Below, piece after piece: positions 39,289-49,123 of a DNA stretch of 64,000 bases. The translations under genes were made by a program, and so were the position numbers. The notes beneath the pieces are model-generated. The model did no database searches, was not told where the DNA came from, and saw nothing but the letters and a program-made list of their open reading frames with translations. Positions within the stretch are counted from its first letter, which is position 1. Every line of letters begins with the position of its first letter. The DNA comes from Bacteroidota bacterium (GTDB taxonomy: Bacteria > Bacteroidota > Bacteroidia > UKL13-3): NCBI GenBank assembly GCA_046314755.1, contig JBKDBG010000054.1, positions 115 through 64,114 on the forward strand, in the 5' to 3' direction.

Positions 39289-39645
39289 ATGAGTATTCGT
39301 CAGGAAAAGTTTGGGAAGATGATTCAAAAGGAGCTGGCTGAGATTTTTATGCAGAATCGCTCCGCCATGTTTAATAACGCATTTATTACCGTTAGTGGGG
39401 TTAACGTATCACCCGATTTGGGTTATGCTAAGGTTTATTTGAGTTTTTTTAATGAAAAAAACAAAGAGGAATTGTTGCGCACGATTGAGTTGCAAAATGT
39501 ACAAATCAGGAGAGAGTTGGCCTCTCGCATCAGAAAACAGGTACGCGTAATTCCGGAATTACAATTTTTTATTGACGACAGCTTAGATTATGTGTTTAAA
39601 ATGGAAAAGCTGTTTGATGAAATAAAAAAGAAAGACCAAGAATAA
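39289..39645 (+). CDS. rbfA: Ribosome-binding factor A
   Basis: MSIRQEKFGKMIQKELAEIF..., VSPDLGYAKVYLS and RxVPEL motifs characteristic of RbfA. Confidence 0.9.
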   Translation: MSIRQEKFGKMIQKELAEIFMQNRSAMFNNAFITVSGVNVSPDLGYAKVYLSFFNEKNKEELLRTIELQNVQIRRELASRIRKQVRVIPELQFFIDDSLDYVFKMEKLFDEIKKKDQE

Positions 39646-39649
39646 TCAG

Positions 39650-39958
39650 CTACTGTATTTTCTCCATTAGGGTTCTAAACGCCACAAACTTCCCATCAAA
39701 TTTTTGTTTGGCATCGGCTTGTAATGCCGGGGCAAATTCTGCTTGGTAACGATCATAATGTTGCATGTCCGGAGCAGTGTATTGAACCACAAATGTAATA
39801 CCTGTTTCATCGGGTTGGCGAGTAAGTAATTTACAAAAAGAAAAGGCCACAAACATTCCGGTATTCATCACATCTGGAATATGCGTTTCCTTCATCCATT
39901 TTTCCCATGCCGCACAAGCATCATCTTCTACATTTACGGTTACATTATAAACTATCAT
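39650..39958 (-). CDS. Small conserved protein (DUF4286-like)
   Basis: MIVYNVTVNVE...W..WM...HIP pattern recalled from the DUF4286 family. I prefer the ATG at 39958; the ORF opens at 40003. Confidence 0.55.
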   Translation of the reverse strand: MIVYNVTVNVEDDACAAWEKWMKETHIPDVMNTGMFVAFSFCKLLTRQPDETGITFVVQYTAPDMQHYDRYQAEFAPALQADAKQKFDGKFVAFRTLMEKIQ

Positions 39959-40065
39959 GGTCCGAAGATGGTATAATAAAAACAAATTATCAATATCAAG
40001 CATGAAACCATCTGTTTGTTGTGCTTGTTTTTATGTTGTACCTTTGACACATTAATTTATTTGTT

Positions 40066-40392
40066 ATGATTACAGTAACAGAAAAAGCAAGTAACAGAAT
40101 CGCATCATTAAAAAACGAACAGGGCCATACTCCTGAACACTTTTTACGCGTTGGCGTAAACAGTGGGGGGTGCTCGGGCTTATCATACAACCTTGATTTT
40201 GACAACCAATTAAAAGAAGGCGACCAAGTGTTTGAACACAATGGCGTAAAAGTGGTATGTGATGTAAGAAGTATGCTTTATTTGTTTGGCACCGAACTCG
40301 ATTTTTCGGATGGCTTAAACGGAAAAGGTTTCACTTTCAACAATCCAAACGCTACGCGCACATGCAGTTGCGGGGAAAGTTTTGCGGTTTGA
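40066..40392 (+). CDS. Iron-sulfur cluster insertion/assembly protein (IscA/ErpA/HesB family)
   Basis: GGCSG motif and the C-terminal CSCGESF cysteine signature. 108 aa. Confidence 0.9.
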   Translation: MITVTEKASNRIASLKNEQGHTPEHFLRVGVNSGGCSGLSYNLDFDNQLKEGDQVFEHNGVKVVCDVRSMLYLFGTELDFSDGLNGKGFTFNNPNATRTCSCGESFAV

Positions 40393-40413
40393 GGATAATT
40401 TTTGTTGAAAAAC

Positions 40414-40442
40414 TTGAATTTTAAAATATTGCCCTATATTTG
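40414..40442 (+). promoter_or_regulatory. Bacteroidota-type promoter upstream of rpsT
   Basis: cTTG (40413..40416), 18-nt spacer, then TATATTTG (40435..40442), 30 nt before the rpsT ATG. Confidence 0.45.
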
Positions 40443-40471
40443 CAGTCCTTTTTTAAGATAATTATACAGCA

Positions 40472-40780
40472 ATGGCTAATCATAAATCGGCACAAAAACG
40501 CATCAGAGCAAACGCTACAAAACGTTTGAGAAACAGATATCAGGCTAAAACTACGCGCACGTTAATTAAAACGGTACGTAAGAGCACTGATAAGAAAGAA
40601 GCAGAAGACTTATTCAAAAAAGTAGCTTCTTTATTGGATAAATTGGCGAAGAAAAACATTATTCATAAGAATAAAGCTTCAAACCAAAAAAGCAAATTAG
40701 CCAAGGCTATTGCTAAAATCGGGACCGAAGCCAAGAAAGCTGCTGCTACCCCTAAAAAAGCTGCTGCAAAGAAAAAATAA
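40472..40780 (+). CDS. rpsT: 30S ribosomal protein S20 with an Ala/Lys/Pro-rich C-terminal tail
   Basis: MANHKSAQKRIRANATKRLRNRYQ... is the S20 N-terminus. The tail reads EAKKAAATPKKAAAKKK. Confidence 0.9.
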   Translation: MANHKSAQKRIRANATKRLRNRYQAKTTRTLIKTVRKSTDKKEAEDLFKKVASLLDKLAKKNIIHKNKASNQKSKLAKAIAKIGTEAKKAAATPKKAAAKKK

Positions 40781-40802
40781 TCATATTAATCATATTTTAC
40801 AT

Positions 40803-40836
40803 GAAGGCTTTCCAAACAGGAAAGCCTTTTTTGTTT
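40803..40836 (+). terminator. Rho-independent terminator after rpsT
   Basis: Stem GAAGGCTTTCC/GGAAAGCCTT(T), loop AAACA, followed by a T run. Confidence 0.8.
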
Positions 40837-40878
40837 ATGTGCATTCTCTTGCTTATGTTTACAACCAAACAATAAGCC

Positions 40879-41508
40879 TTGCAAAATTTTTGGGATATAT
40901 TTAAGCCAAAGGCACTGGTTGATTTCGGGGGATTAGCCTTGGTGTTAATTGTTGTTTTCTTGGAAAATGGCATTTTCTTCGGGTTCTTTTTACCCGGAGA
41001 CTCCCTTTTGTTTACCGTTGGTTTGTTATGTTACCTTGGGGTACTTAAGGTTGAACTGGGCGTGCTTATTGCCTACATTGCCATTGCGGCTTTTCTAGGC
41101 TATTATGCAGGTTATTATTTTGGCTATAAAACCGGCCAAGCCTTATACCGCAGAGAAGACTCTTTGTTTTTTAAGAAAAACTACATCTATACTGCAGAAG
41201 ATTTTTATAAAAAATATGGTGGCCTAGCCTTAATTATGGGAAGGTTTTTACCTATAGTAAGAACCTTTGCTCCAATATTGGCTGGGGTGGTTCGTGTAAA
41301 ACACCGCACCTTCTTTTTGTACAATATTGCGGGGGCTGTTTTGTGGCCTTCAACCATTGTTACAGCAGGTTATTTTGTGGGCCAACTTTTTCCAAATGCG
41401 TTGGATTACCTCGACTTTATTGTGATTGGATTTATTGTGGTTACTACTATACCTATAGTAAACAACGTTAGAAAAAAGCGAAAGTCGAAAGAAAGTGATC
41501 CTTATTAA
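40879..41508 (+). CDS. DedA/VTT-family membrane protein
   Basis: LPGDSLLF and GRFLPIVRTFAP motifs of the DedA family. TTG start. Confidence 0.8.
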   Translation: MQNFWDIFKPKALVDFGGLALVLIVVFLENGIFFGFFLPGDSLLFTVGLLCYLGVLKVELGVLIAYIAIAAFLGYYAGYYFGYKTGQALYRREDSLFFKKNYIYTAEDFYKKYGGLALIMGRFLPIVRTFAPILAGVVRVKHRTFFLYNIAGAVLWPSTIVTAGYFVGQLFPNALDYLDFIVIGFIVVTTIPIVNNVRKKRKSKESDPY

Positions 41509-41520
41509 AGACAATTGAGA

Positions 41521-42744
41521 TTATTGTTGCAGGAGCTTTTTTACTCTTGCTGCAGGATACAACGTGGTGATATAACCAAGCGCCATTACCGTAGCAGAAA
41601 CCAATAACACATCCAACAATTTTACCTGAACAGGGTAGGCGCTAAACATCACATCCGTTGCTTCTTGCAGAGCGATCAAACCATAAGATTGCTGCAAATA
41701 ACATAGCGTTAAACCAAGCAATAACCCCACTCCACCACCAACAAAAGCCACAAAAAGTCCTTCTACAATAAAAATATTTGCTGCTTTTTGGGGGCTTAGT
41801 CCAAGGCTCTTTAACACATACATATCGCGCTGTTTTTCTAATGATAAAATGTATAAGGAGCTAATCGTGTTTGAAGCGGCAATAAACAAAATAAACAATA
41901 AGATGAGGTAGCTTACTGCTTTTTCGGAGCGCATTACCTTAAAAAAGGAATCGCGTTGCTCAAACCTTGTTTTCACGTTAAATCTATCGCCCAATTTTTC
42001 TTTGAGTTTTTCTTTGATGAACTCGGCATCATTTGGTTGATTTAGCTTGACATCAATGGAAGAAACTTCGTTTTCTCTTTCGAGCAAATTGGCCACAAAT
42101 GCATACGGGCAAATCACGTATTTATGATCAACCTCGTCTTGCACGGCAAACACACCACCCGGATAAATTAATGTTTTATTGAAGGCATCATCGGGATTAA
42201 TGATGCTTTGCGCATCCTTTTTAGGAACGTAAATTGCTAATGCTTTAAATACATCGTTCGGATCAACCGAAAGCCGATAAGCTACCCCCTGACCAACCAC
42301 GGCAAACAAACTATCATGCCTCACATCAACGTAACCTGATATAATCGTACTGTCAAATTGTGTTACACTTACGTATTGCTCATCAACACCTTTAATGGTG
42401 GCAATGGCCTGCTGGTTTTGATAGCGGAGCAACACGTTTTCTTCAATTACTTTACTCCACGCTTCAACCCCATCAGTTGTTTTTAAGGTTTGCAGTAACG
42501 GCTCGTTTACACGAAAGGTTTTTCCTTCGGTTGATACAATCTTTAAATCGCTGTCGAAGTTGGCGTACATTGAAGTAAATAGCTGTTCAAAGCCGTTAAA
42601 AACGCTGAGCACAATAATGAGCGCAGCAGTGCCTACTACATAACCCAATAGCGAGATGCCGGAAATGATTGAAATTAAGTTGAGTCCTCCCCCTTTTTTT
42701 CTTGAGAAAAAATACCTGCGAGCGATTTTAAAGGAAAGGTTCAT
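41521..42744 (-). CDS. FtsX/LolE-like ABC transporter permease
   Basis: MacB-like N-terminal TM, a large periplasmic domain and a C-terminal FtsX 3-TM domain. The N-terminus FKIARRYFFSRKK is typical of LolC/E-like permeases. Confidence 0.8.
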   Translation of the reverse strand: MNLSFKIARRYFFSRKKGGGLNLISIISGISLLGYVVGTAALIIVLSVFNGFEQLFTSMYANFDSDLKIVSTEGKTFRVNEPLLQTLKTTDGVEAWSKVIEENVLLRYQNQQAIATIKGVDEQYVSVTQFDSTIISGYVDVRHDSLFAVVGQGVAYRLSVDPNDVFKALAIYVPKKDAQSIINPDDAFNKTLIYPGGVFAVQDEVDHKYVICPYAFVANLLERENEVSSIDVKLNQPNDAEFIKEKLKEKLGDRFNVKTRFEQRDSFFKVMRSEKAVSYLILLFILFIAASNTISSLYILSLEKQRDMYVLKSLGLSPQKAANIFIVEGLFVAFVGGGVGLLLGLTLCYLQQSYGLIALQEATDVMFSAYPVQVKLLDVLLVSATVMALGYITTLYPAARVKKLLQQ

Positions 42745-42751
42745 GCGGTTT

Positions 42752-43555
42752 TTAGTCTTTCCAAGCCTTTACAATAAGGCCGGTACCGGTGCCATGCTTG
42801 CTGTTGGTGTCAAGCCAATTTAACAAATATGCAAATGGATAAGTAACAATGTAATAAATCGGTAACACCACAAAAAACAACTTGGTAATGTTTAACATGC
42901 TCATTGGATATTTCATGCTAAGCTTCCAAGCAATTTTACCCGGAGTGCCATATGAATATAAGATTTCTGCTTTGTTAAAGCCCGCTTGCTTCAGTTTATC
43001 ACGCATTTCTTCAACCGGATACCCATCTCTTACGTGTTCTCCAATAAAAGACTCTCCGTGCTCATCAGCATTGCTTCCGCCTTGGTCGCTTGGTGTTGAA
43101 ATTAACAACATTGCACCCGACTTCATGCTGCGGTGAAAATGTTTAAACACATCCACGTCTTCAAGAATGTGTTCCATTACATCAACACACAACACTAAAT
43201 CATATTTATTTTCTGCGTGGGGTTTGGTTAAATCCCCAACCGAAAACGTTACATTGTTCACTCCGCAACGTTTAAAAAACTGATTACAATCTGCTATTTG
43301 ATCATCTTTAACATCAACCGCATCAATAAAACATGTTGGGTTTTTTCGGGCAATGTAAAAACTGTACTGTCCAAATCCCGAACCGGCATCAAGCATGGTA
43401 AAGGGTGATTTTATTTTAGGCCAAGCTTTTAATTCACGGTGTATATGCCACGATCTTAACAACAGCAAATCAAGCAGCTTATAAAACAGTTTGCGCAAAA
43501 AAGCAGATTGATTAAATACTATTCCCAGATCTTTCTTTATCGGATCGTATTCCAT
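42752..43555 (-). CDS. Class I SAM-dependent methyltransferase with a C-terminal membrane segment
   Basis: Motif I LDAGSGFGQY and motif II DLVLCVDVMEH. I prefer the ATG at 43555 (MEYDPIKK); the ORF opens at 43600. Confidence 0.7.
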   Translation of the reverse strand: MEYDPIKKDLGIVFNQSAFLRKLFYKLLDLLLLRSWHIHRELKAWPKIKSPFTMLDAGSGFGQYSFYIARKNPTCFIDAVDVKDDQIADCNQFFKRCGVNNVTFSVGDLTKPHAENKYDLVLCVDVMEHILEDVDVFKHFHRSMKSGAMLLISTPSDQGGSNADEHGESFIGEHVRDGYPVEEMRDKLKQAGFNKAEILYSYGTPGKIAWKLSMKYPMSMLNITKLFFVVLPIYYIVTYPFAYLLNWLDTNSKHGTGTGLIVKAWKD

Positions 43556-43676
43556 TGTTTTACTTGTATGAATGAGGCGGCAATATAGTTTTTGCATCAC
43601 ACAAAAACAGCATTTTAAGTCGATAATTTATTACATTTTGTTGTGAGGTATTACTTCAATTCATACATTTGAAACG

Positions 43677-44195
43677 GTGAAACAAATTAAAGCTTTCCGC
43701 AAATGGATACGCCAGTATCCGTTGATACATAAATTTATAAAGTTTGGCTTTGTAGGCTGTGTGAGCACAGTTGCCAGCTTGTTTGTGTTTTGGCTCATTG
43801 CTTTACAGTATCCGCAATTCAACCTCCTGTCAAAAGCCATTGGTTATATCATGGGTTTTTTTGTGGGGTTTACATTAAACAAATTTTGGACTTATGTTGA
43901 CCAAACCGAGGATGGTGAAAAATACCTGTTAAAATATGTAGTGGTTTACGGTATCACGTTTTTTGTTTATTTGGCTTTTAACTACGTATGCGACCACTTT
44001 TGGCACCCGGAAGTATACATCGCCCCTTTGGCAAAAAACCTTGGCTTTAGCGAAGCCGGAGAGTGGTTGCTACAAAATGGAACATTTACCAGCAACGTAC
44101 TGTCTATTGCTTTGAATGTGGTGCTTAACTTTTTAGGAACAAACTTTCTGGTGTTTAAGGTTCCTGCGCCAGAAGAGCTGTTTAATGAGGATTAA
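43677..44195 (+). CDS. GtrA-family membrane protein
   Basis: Four TM helices. FIKFGFVG...N...NFL.NKFWTY-type motifs fit the GtrA family. GTG start. Confidence 0.7.
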   Translation: MKQIKAFRKWIRQYPLIHKFIKFGFVGCVSTVASLFVFWLIALQYPQFNLLSKAIGYIMGFFVGFTLNKFWTYVDQTEDGEKYLLKYVVVYGITFFVYLAFNYVCDHFWHPEVYIAPLAKNLGFSEAGEWLLQNGTFTSNVLSIALNVVLNFLGTNFLVFKVPAPEELFNED

Positions 44196-45448
44196 TCTTT
44201 TCTTTTTAATTTCTTCTTTTGGCTTGCGCTCATAGTATTAATGCGCTTGTAGTAGCCGGTTTTATTTTGTTTCACCCAAATTACCAACTTCTGCCCCGAT
44301 TTTAGCTTTTCAGTTTTAAGCTTGTTCCAGCTTTTAATTTCAAATGCTGTTACATCAAACCAATCGGCAACATCTGCCAGGTTCTCTCCTTTTTTAACCG
44401 TGTAATAAACACGCTTTTTATCGAATAAAGACTTAGGTTCCGGCTTGTTTACCGTGGTGTGATCTTGCGGAGTGGCCGATGGTTGCGTTATTGTATTGGT
44501 GTCGTTTGTTGGTTCTTTTTGAATCACAACAGGGGCAAAGTCTCCCGGATTAGGAAGCGGTTTATATACGCTATCCTTTAGCAAATAAAAATAGCGTCCT
44601 TTTGCTTTGGGCAAACGAATAGGGTATCCGTCTAGATTATACGGAATAACATCTTTTTTAAATATTGGATTTAATCGCCTTAGGTGTTCAACCGGAATAT
44701 CCAACGTGTTTGATATTTGTTGAAACGACAACCATTTATTAACTAATACCGTGTCGGTATCAACAAACAAAGCCGGTGCTGCCGGGCGGATATTGTGTTC
44801 TTTGTAAAAATTACAGATATATGCTGCTGCAATAAACTTGGGATAAGCTTCTTTGTTCCCTTCGGGCAGAAATGGATAAATATCCCAATAATTCATGCTG
44901 TTCCCTGCCATGCGAATGCTTTTATTTAGCACTACTGGCGATGAAGTATAGGCAGCTATAACCAATTGCCATTGGCGATAAATGGCATGCAAATCTTTAA
45001 AGTGCGTTGCCGCAATGCCGCTGGAGCGATTTTGGTCTTTACGCTCATCCACGAAAGAGTTTACTTTAAGTTTGTACATTTTGGAAACGGTAAATGGCAT
45101 CATCCAAATACCACTTGCTCCCGATTGCGATTGGCTCAGCGGATTTAACTCTGATAATGCCACTGCCAAATACTTTAAATCAGTTGGAACATTTTTGGTA
45201 CGCAAAGCCTTTTCAATCATTGGAAAATAAGCCTTACTCATGCCAACAATTTCACGTGTTTTTTCAGGGTTTTGCAAGTATGCGTCAATATGCTTTTTAA
45301 CCTCCGGATGGTATGTAATATCCACCTGCGCCTTGAGGCTGGCCAAGCGTTGCGCATAAATTTGATCCGGGTTGCTTTCTGCAAAAACCCAAATATGAAT
45401 CAAACAAAAAACAAACGTGAGGGTTCCGGCTATTGTGTGTTTTTTCAA
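44192..45448 (-). CDS. Lytic transglycosylase (SLT domain) with a C-terminal LysM domain (MltD-like)
   Basis: Signal peptide, an SLT-like region (ALSELNP...GIWM) and a C-terminal LysM (YYTVKKGENLADVADWFDVTAFEIKSWNKL). Confidence 0.8.
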   Translation of the reverse strand: MKKHTIAGTLTFVFCLIHIWVFAESNPDQIYAQRLASLKAQVDITYHPEVKKHIDAYLQNPEKTREIVGMSKAYFPMIEKALRTKNVPTDLKYLAVALSELNPLSQSQSGASGIWMMPFTVSKMYKLKVNSFVDERKDQNRSSGIAATHFKDLHAIYRQWQLVIAAYTSSPVVLNKSIRMAGNSMNYWDIYPFLPEGNKEAYPKFIAAAYICNFYKEHNIRPAAPALFVDTDTVLVNKWLSFQQISNTLDIPVEHLRRLNPIFKKDVIPYNLDGYPIRLPKAKGRYFYLLKDSVYKPLPNPGDFAPVVIQKEPTNDTNTITQPSATPQDHTTVNKPEPKSLFDKKRVYYTVKKGENLADVADWFDVTAFEIKSWNKLKTEKLKSGQKLVIWVKQNKTGYYKRINTMSASQKKKLKRKD

Positions 45449-45460
45449 AATGTTTTGGTG

Positions 45461-46870
45461 TTAAATGTTTGATGAAATTTGCATTAACGCCCCCTCTTCA
45501 AAAGGTCGTCCCATCAATTGAATTCCCATTGGCATTCCATTACTGTGGTTTCCCATCGGCACTGAAATAGCGGGGTTTCCGGCAATGTTTGCATGTACCG
45601 TAAAAATATCAGCCAAATACATGGCAATCGGGTTGCTGGTTTTTTCGCCAAACTTAAATGCCGGTGTTGGGGTGGTGGGTGAAAGTAAAAAGTCATACGT
45701 TTCAAACAACTCCTCTGTTTTTTCTTTTACCAACCTTCTGGCCTTTTGGGCCTTGGTGTAGTAGGCATCAAAGTATCCGGCCGAAAGCACAAATGTACCC
45801 AGCATGATTCTGCGTTTTACCTCAGCGCCAAAACCTTCACTTCTCGACTTTCGGAATGTGGTTTCCAAATCTTTTGCATCGGGGCTTCTATGTCCGTAAA
45901 GCAGGCCGCTAAAACGAGACAAGTTTGAAGACGCTTCGGCAGTAGTTAACACATAATAAATAGGCACCATATAATCCAAATAGGGGAAGCTAACCTCTTC
46001 AACTGTGTGTCCGTTTTGTTTAAGCATCTCAATCGCTGCCAACGTTGCTTTCTGTACTTCCGAGTCAATCCCTTCGTGGTACAAACATTCTTTTATATAC
46101 GCGATTTTTTTGCCGGTTTGAGCCGCAACTTGTGTGTATGCTTCAACCGGTTTTGGTGCAGTAGTGGCGTCTGATTCGTCAACACCTGAAATTACCTCCA
46201 TTACCAACTGCATGTCTTCCACGCTTTTGGTAATCGGCCCAATTTGATCGAATGATGAAGCGTAAGCAATTAGCCCATTTCTAGAAACACGACCATAGGT
46301 TGGTTTTAACCCAACAACACCGCAAAAGGCCGCTGGCTGTCGAACCGAACCGCCCGTATCGCTGGCAATGGTTACCTGGCAAAAATCGGCTTGAACAGCA
46401 ACTGCTGCACCTCCGGATGACCCCCCGGAAACCCTTGTTTCGTCAGCTGCATTTTTTACCGGCCCATAGCAAGAAGTTTCGTTTGAAGCACCCATGGCAA
46501 ACTCGTCACAGTTTAACCGGCCAAGAATAATTGCATCTTCTTGCAATAAACGTTGAACCACAGTTGCGTGATAAACTGCCTCGTATTTTGATAAAATTTT
46601 TGATGCTGCAGAAACAACATGGCCTTTGTAACAAATATTATCTTTAAGACCTACAACCATTCCGGCTAATTTTCCGGCTTTACCGTTTTTTAATTTTTGC
46701 TCTATTTCTTCGGCTTTTTGAAGCGCTTCTTCTTCATAAACCTCAATAAATGCATTTAACTCCGGCCTTGATTTAATGTTGCCTAAATAATGCAAAACAA
46801 GACCACTTAGAGTGATCTTGCCTTGTAAAATTTCTTCTGTTATGTTTTTAAGCGACTTGTAGTTTTCCAC
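45461..46870 (-). CDS. gatA: Glutamyl-tRNA(Gln)/aspartyl-tRNA(Asn) amidotransferase subunit A
   Basis: Amidase signature GGSSGGAAVAV...DTGGSVRQPA. GTG start. 469 aa. Confidence 0.95.
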   Translation of the reverse strand: MENYKSLKNITEEILQGKITLSGLVLHYLGNIKSRPELNAFIEVYEEEALQKAEEIEQKLKNGKAGKLAGMVVGLKDNICYKGHVVSAASKILSKYEAVYHATVVQRLLQEDAIILGRLNCDEFAMGASNETSCYGPVKNAADETRVSGGSSGGAAVAVQADFCQVTIASDTGGSVRQPAAFCGVVGLKPTYGRVSRNGLIAYASSFDQIGPITKSVEDMQLVMEVISGVDESDATTAPKPVEAYTQVAAQTGKKIAYIKECLYHEGIDSEVQKATLAAIEMLKQNGHTVEEVSFPYLDYMVPIYYVLTTAEASSNLSRFSGLLYGHRSPDAKDLETTFRKSRSEGFGAEVKRRIMLGTFVLSAGYFDAYYTKAQKARRLVKEKTEELFETYDFLLSPTTPTPAFKFGEKTSNPIAMYLADIFTVHANIAGNPAISVPMGNHSNGMPMGIQLMGRPFEEGALMQISSNI

Positions 46871-47088
46871 TATTCTTTGTTTGTTGCTGAGTTGTCTTTT
46901 TCTTTCATTCCTTCTTCAATGTGCGATTTTACATTTTTTTTCGCATCATTAAACTCTCTAATTCCTTGACCAACTCCGCGCATTAATTCAGGTATTTTTT
47001 TACCCCCGAACAAAATCAAAACAATTAAAATAATTACGAACCACTCGCCTCCGCCCAAATTTCCTATGAATAATAATGTTGTGTTCAT
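46870..47088 (-). CDS. tatA: Twin-arginine translocase subunit TatA/E
   Basis: One TM helix followed by the FGGKKIPELMRGVGQGIREF amphipathic motif. I prefer the ATG at 47088; the ORF opens at 47115. Confidence 0.85.
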   Translation of the reverse strand: MNTTLLFIGNLGGGEWFVIILIVLILFGGKKIPELMRGVGQGIREFNDAKKNVKSHIEEGMKEKDNSATNKE

Positions 47089-47135
47089 GTTTGTGTATTT
47101 AAATGTAATGGACAAAATTAAATTTTATTTGAAAA

Positions 47136-48836
47136 CTATTTCAGGTTAATCACCTTTTTTATTCTTTTTAGTTCTTTTTCCGTTAAATGTCTCCACTCTC
47201 CGCGCTCCAACCCTTTTTTATCTAACCCGGCAAACTCCATTCTGTCAAGCCTGTCAACCAAATAACCAAGCGCCTCAAACATTCTATGAATAATTCTATT
47301 TCTTCCGCTATGAATTTGAACCATAACAGTGGCTTTATCTTTTGGATCGGGAACCCCAATCACATCTGGTGCAATCATACCGTCTTCCAACTCAACTCCA
47401 TTATTGGCTAAATCGTGAATTTCTGTTTGGCTGATGTTTTTATTTAAAGTAGCCCTGTAAACTTTCGCAATATTGTATTTCGGATGAGTAAGTCGTTGTG
47501 CAAACTCACCATCATTGGTTAACAGAATTACACCGGTTGTGTTTCTGTCTAAACGACCAACGGGATATACACGCGGTAAGCGAGAATCGTTGATTAAATC
47601 CATAATGATTTTTCGACCTTCCGGATCATCACTGGTGGTAATAGTATCCTTCGGTTTATTCATGATTAAATAAACCTTTTTCTCCCAATTCAAACGCTCA
47701 TTGTTGTACCTAACCTCATCACCCGGATTAACCTTATAGCCCATTTCGGTAATAATTTCACCGTTCACCGAAACCAAACCTGCGGCAATTAAATCATCCG
47801 CTTCCCTTCGGCTGCAAATACCGGCATTTGAAATATAACGATTTAATCGCATTATTTCCGGTTTTGCCGCCTCCAAAAACGCTTCGCTTTCGGCTTGAAT
47901 ATCTCTGGCCTTAGCGCCTCTTACCATGTGCGGACGACCACCTCTTGATGGCGTTCTTTGGCTTCTTCCTTCTCCAGCTCTTTTTTCAAATCTTGGTTTA
48001 TTATCGTCTGAAAAACGTGCGTTTCGATTTGTTCTTGTAAATCTTTTTTCTGTTTCATGATCTCCGGAGCCTTCGTCTCTTCTGCTGCTACCATATGGTC
48101 TTCTTCCCGTTTCACCCGCTTTGTCGAACGAACGCTTGCCCCTATCTCCATAACTGCGATCACGGTCTCTTGAATTTGAGTCGGTTGATTTGCGGTACGA
48201 CCTTTTCTCGCCTGATTCAGTATCATTATTTCTGAACCCCGAACCTCCCGGTTTTTTATACCCTCTTTTGTTTGTTCCTTCCCTTTTATCGCCAAACGAA
48301 CGATCATCGCGGTCTCTTGAGTTTGAATCGGTTGGTTTTCGGTACGACCTTTTCTCGCCTGATTCCGTATCATTATTTCTAAACCCTGAACCTCCCGGTT
48401 TTTTATATCCTCTTTTGTTTGTTCCTTCTCTTTTATCGCCAAACGAACGATCATCGCGGTCTCTGAAGCTTGATCCGGCTGGCTTTCTGTATGATCTTTT
48501 TTCGCCTGATGCAGAATCATTATCCCGAAAGCTTGAGCTTCCGGTTTTTTTATACCCACGCTTTGCAGCCCCATCTCTGTTTTCACCAAAACCGTTGTCT
48601 TTCGAACGATATCCGGATGTGGACGATTTTTTATAGGATCTTTTTTCGCCAAAACTGCCTGCATCATCGCTTTTTCTGGAGCCCCATTTTTTTGCTCCCT
48701 CAGCAGGCTTTCTCGATTTTTCTCCTGAACCGAACGACTTCTTACCAAACGTTTTTCCTGTGGTTGACTTCCCACTTTTGTTGGCTGAAGATTTTTTTTC
48801 TCCAAACGACCGTTCGGATTTTTTTCTAAAACTCAT
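47136..48836 (-). CDS. RsuA/RluB-family pseudouridine synthase with S4 domain and a ~310-aa basic repetitive N-terminal extension
   Basis: S4 domain (MRLNRYISNAGICSRREADDLI) and catalytic motif GRLDRNTTGVILLTNDG in the C-terminal 250 aa. The N-terminal K/R/S/G/D-rich region is in the same frame. Confidence 0.85.
   Translation of the reverse strand: MSFRKKSERSFGEKKSSANKSGKSTTGKTFGKKSFGSGEKSRKPAEGAKKWGSRKSDDAGSFGEKRSYKKSSTSGYRSKDNGFGENRDGAAKRGYKKTGSSSFRDNDSASGEKRSYRKPAGSSFRDRDDRSFGDKREGTNKRGYKKPGGSGFRNNDTESGEKRSYRKPTDSNSRDRDDRSFGDKREGTNKRGYKKPGGSGFRNNDTESGEKRSYRKSTDSNSRDRDRSYGDRGKRSFDKAGETGRRPYGSSRRDEGSGDHETEKRFTRTNRNARFSDDNKPRFEKRAGEGRSQRTPSRGGRPHMVRGAKARDIQAESEAFLEAAKPEIMRLNRYISNAGICSRREADDLIAAGLVSVNGEIITEMGYKVNPGDEVRYNNERLNWEKKVYLIMNKPKDTITTSDDPEGRKIIMDLINDSRLPRVYPVGRLDRNTTGVILLTNDGEFAQRLTHPKYNIAKVYRATLNKNISQTEIHDLANNGVELEDGMIAPDVIGVPDPKDKATVMVQIHSGRNRIIHRMFEALGYLVDRLDRMEFAGLDKKGLERGEWRHLTEKELKRIKKVINLK
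48141..48656 (-). repeat. In-frame 147-bp (49-codon) tandem repeat, about 3.5 copies, inside the pseudouridine synthase gene
   Basis: CGGTACGACCTTTTCTCGCCTGATTC recurs at 48193 and 48340, and a diverged copy at 48487. The peptide unit is SGEKRSYRKPxxSxxRDRDDRSFGDKREGTNKRGYKKPGGSGFRNNDTE. Confidence 0.9.
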
Positions 48837-49123
48837 TTTATATACAAATAGTCCACAAAGGTAAGCCTTTTCCTGTTACCATTTATGTTTTTCATTCCTT
48901 TCCTTATCAAAATCAGGTAATTGGATAATTTAATAAACAGAAGAAGAACATCGGCAAAAATCACAAACCATTGATAATGTGCCAATAAATTTCGGCCTTT
49001 TTATTTAGTGTCTAATAAAACATCTCGATGTGGGTAAACACTTTTGTTGTTTGGGCGAAACTCGGGTGTTATAGGAGCTCTAAAAGCTAAATTTGCTACT
49101 TGTGTTATAATTTTTATTAGTCT

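Noticed and set aside
40710-40904. A 64-aa plus-strand ORF overlapping the rpsT tail, its terminator and the dedA start.
   Set aside because: It reads through a strong rho-independent terminator hairpin and overlaps two supported genes in other frames.
47921-48805. A 294-aa ORF (minus strand, alternative frame) and a 148-aa ORF (48190..48636, plus strand) inside the pseudouridine synthase gene.
   Set aside because: Both lie within the low-complexity 147-bp tandem repeat region. Open alternative frames are expected there, and only the frame continuous with the S4/RluB catalytic domain makes a coherent protein.
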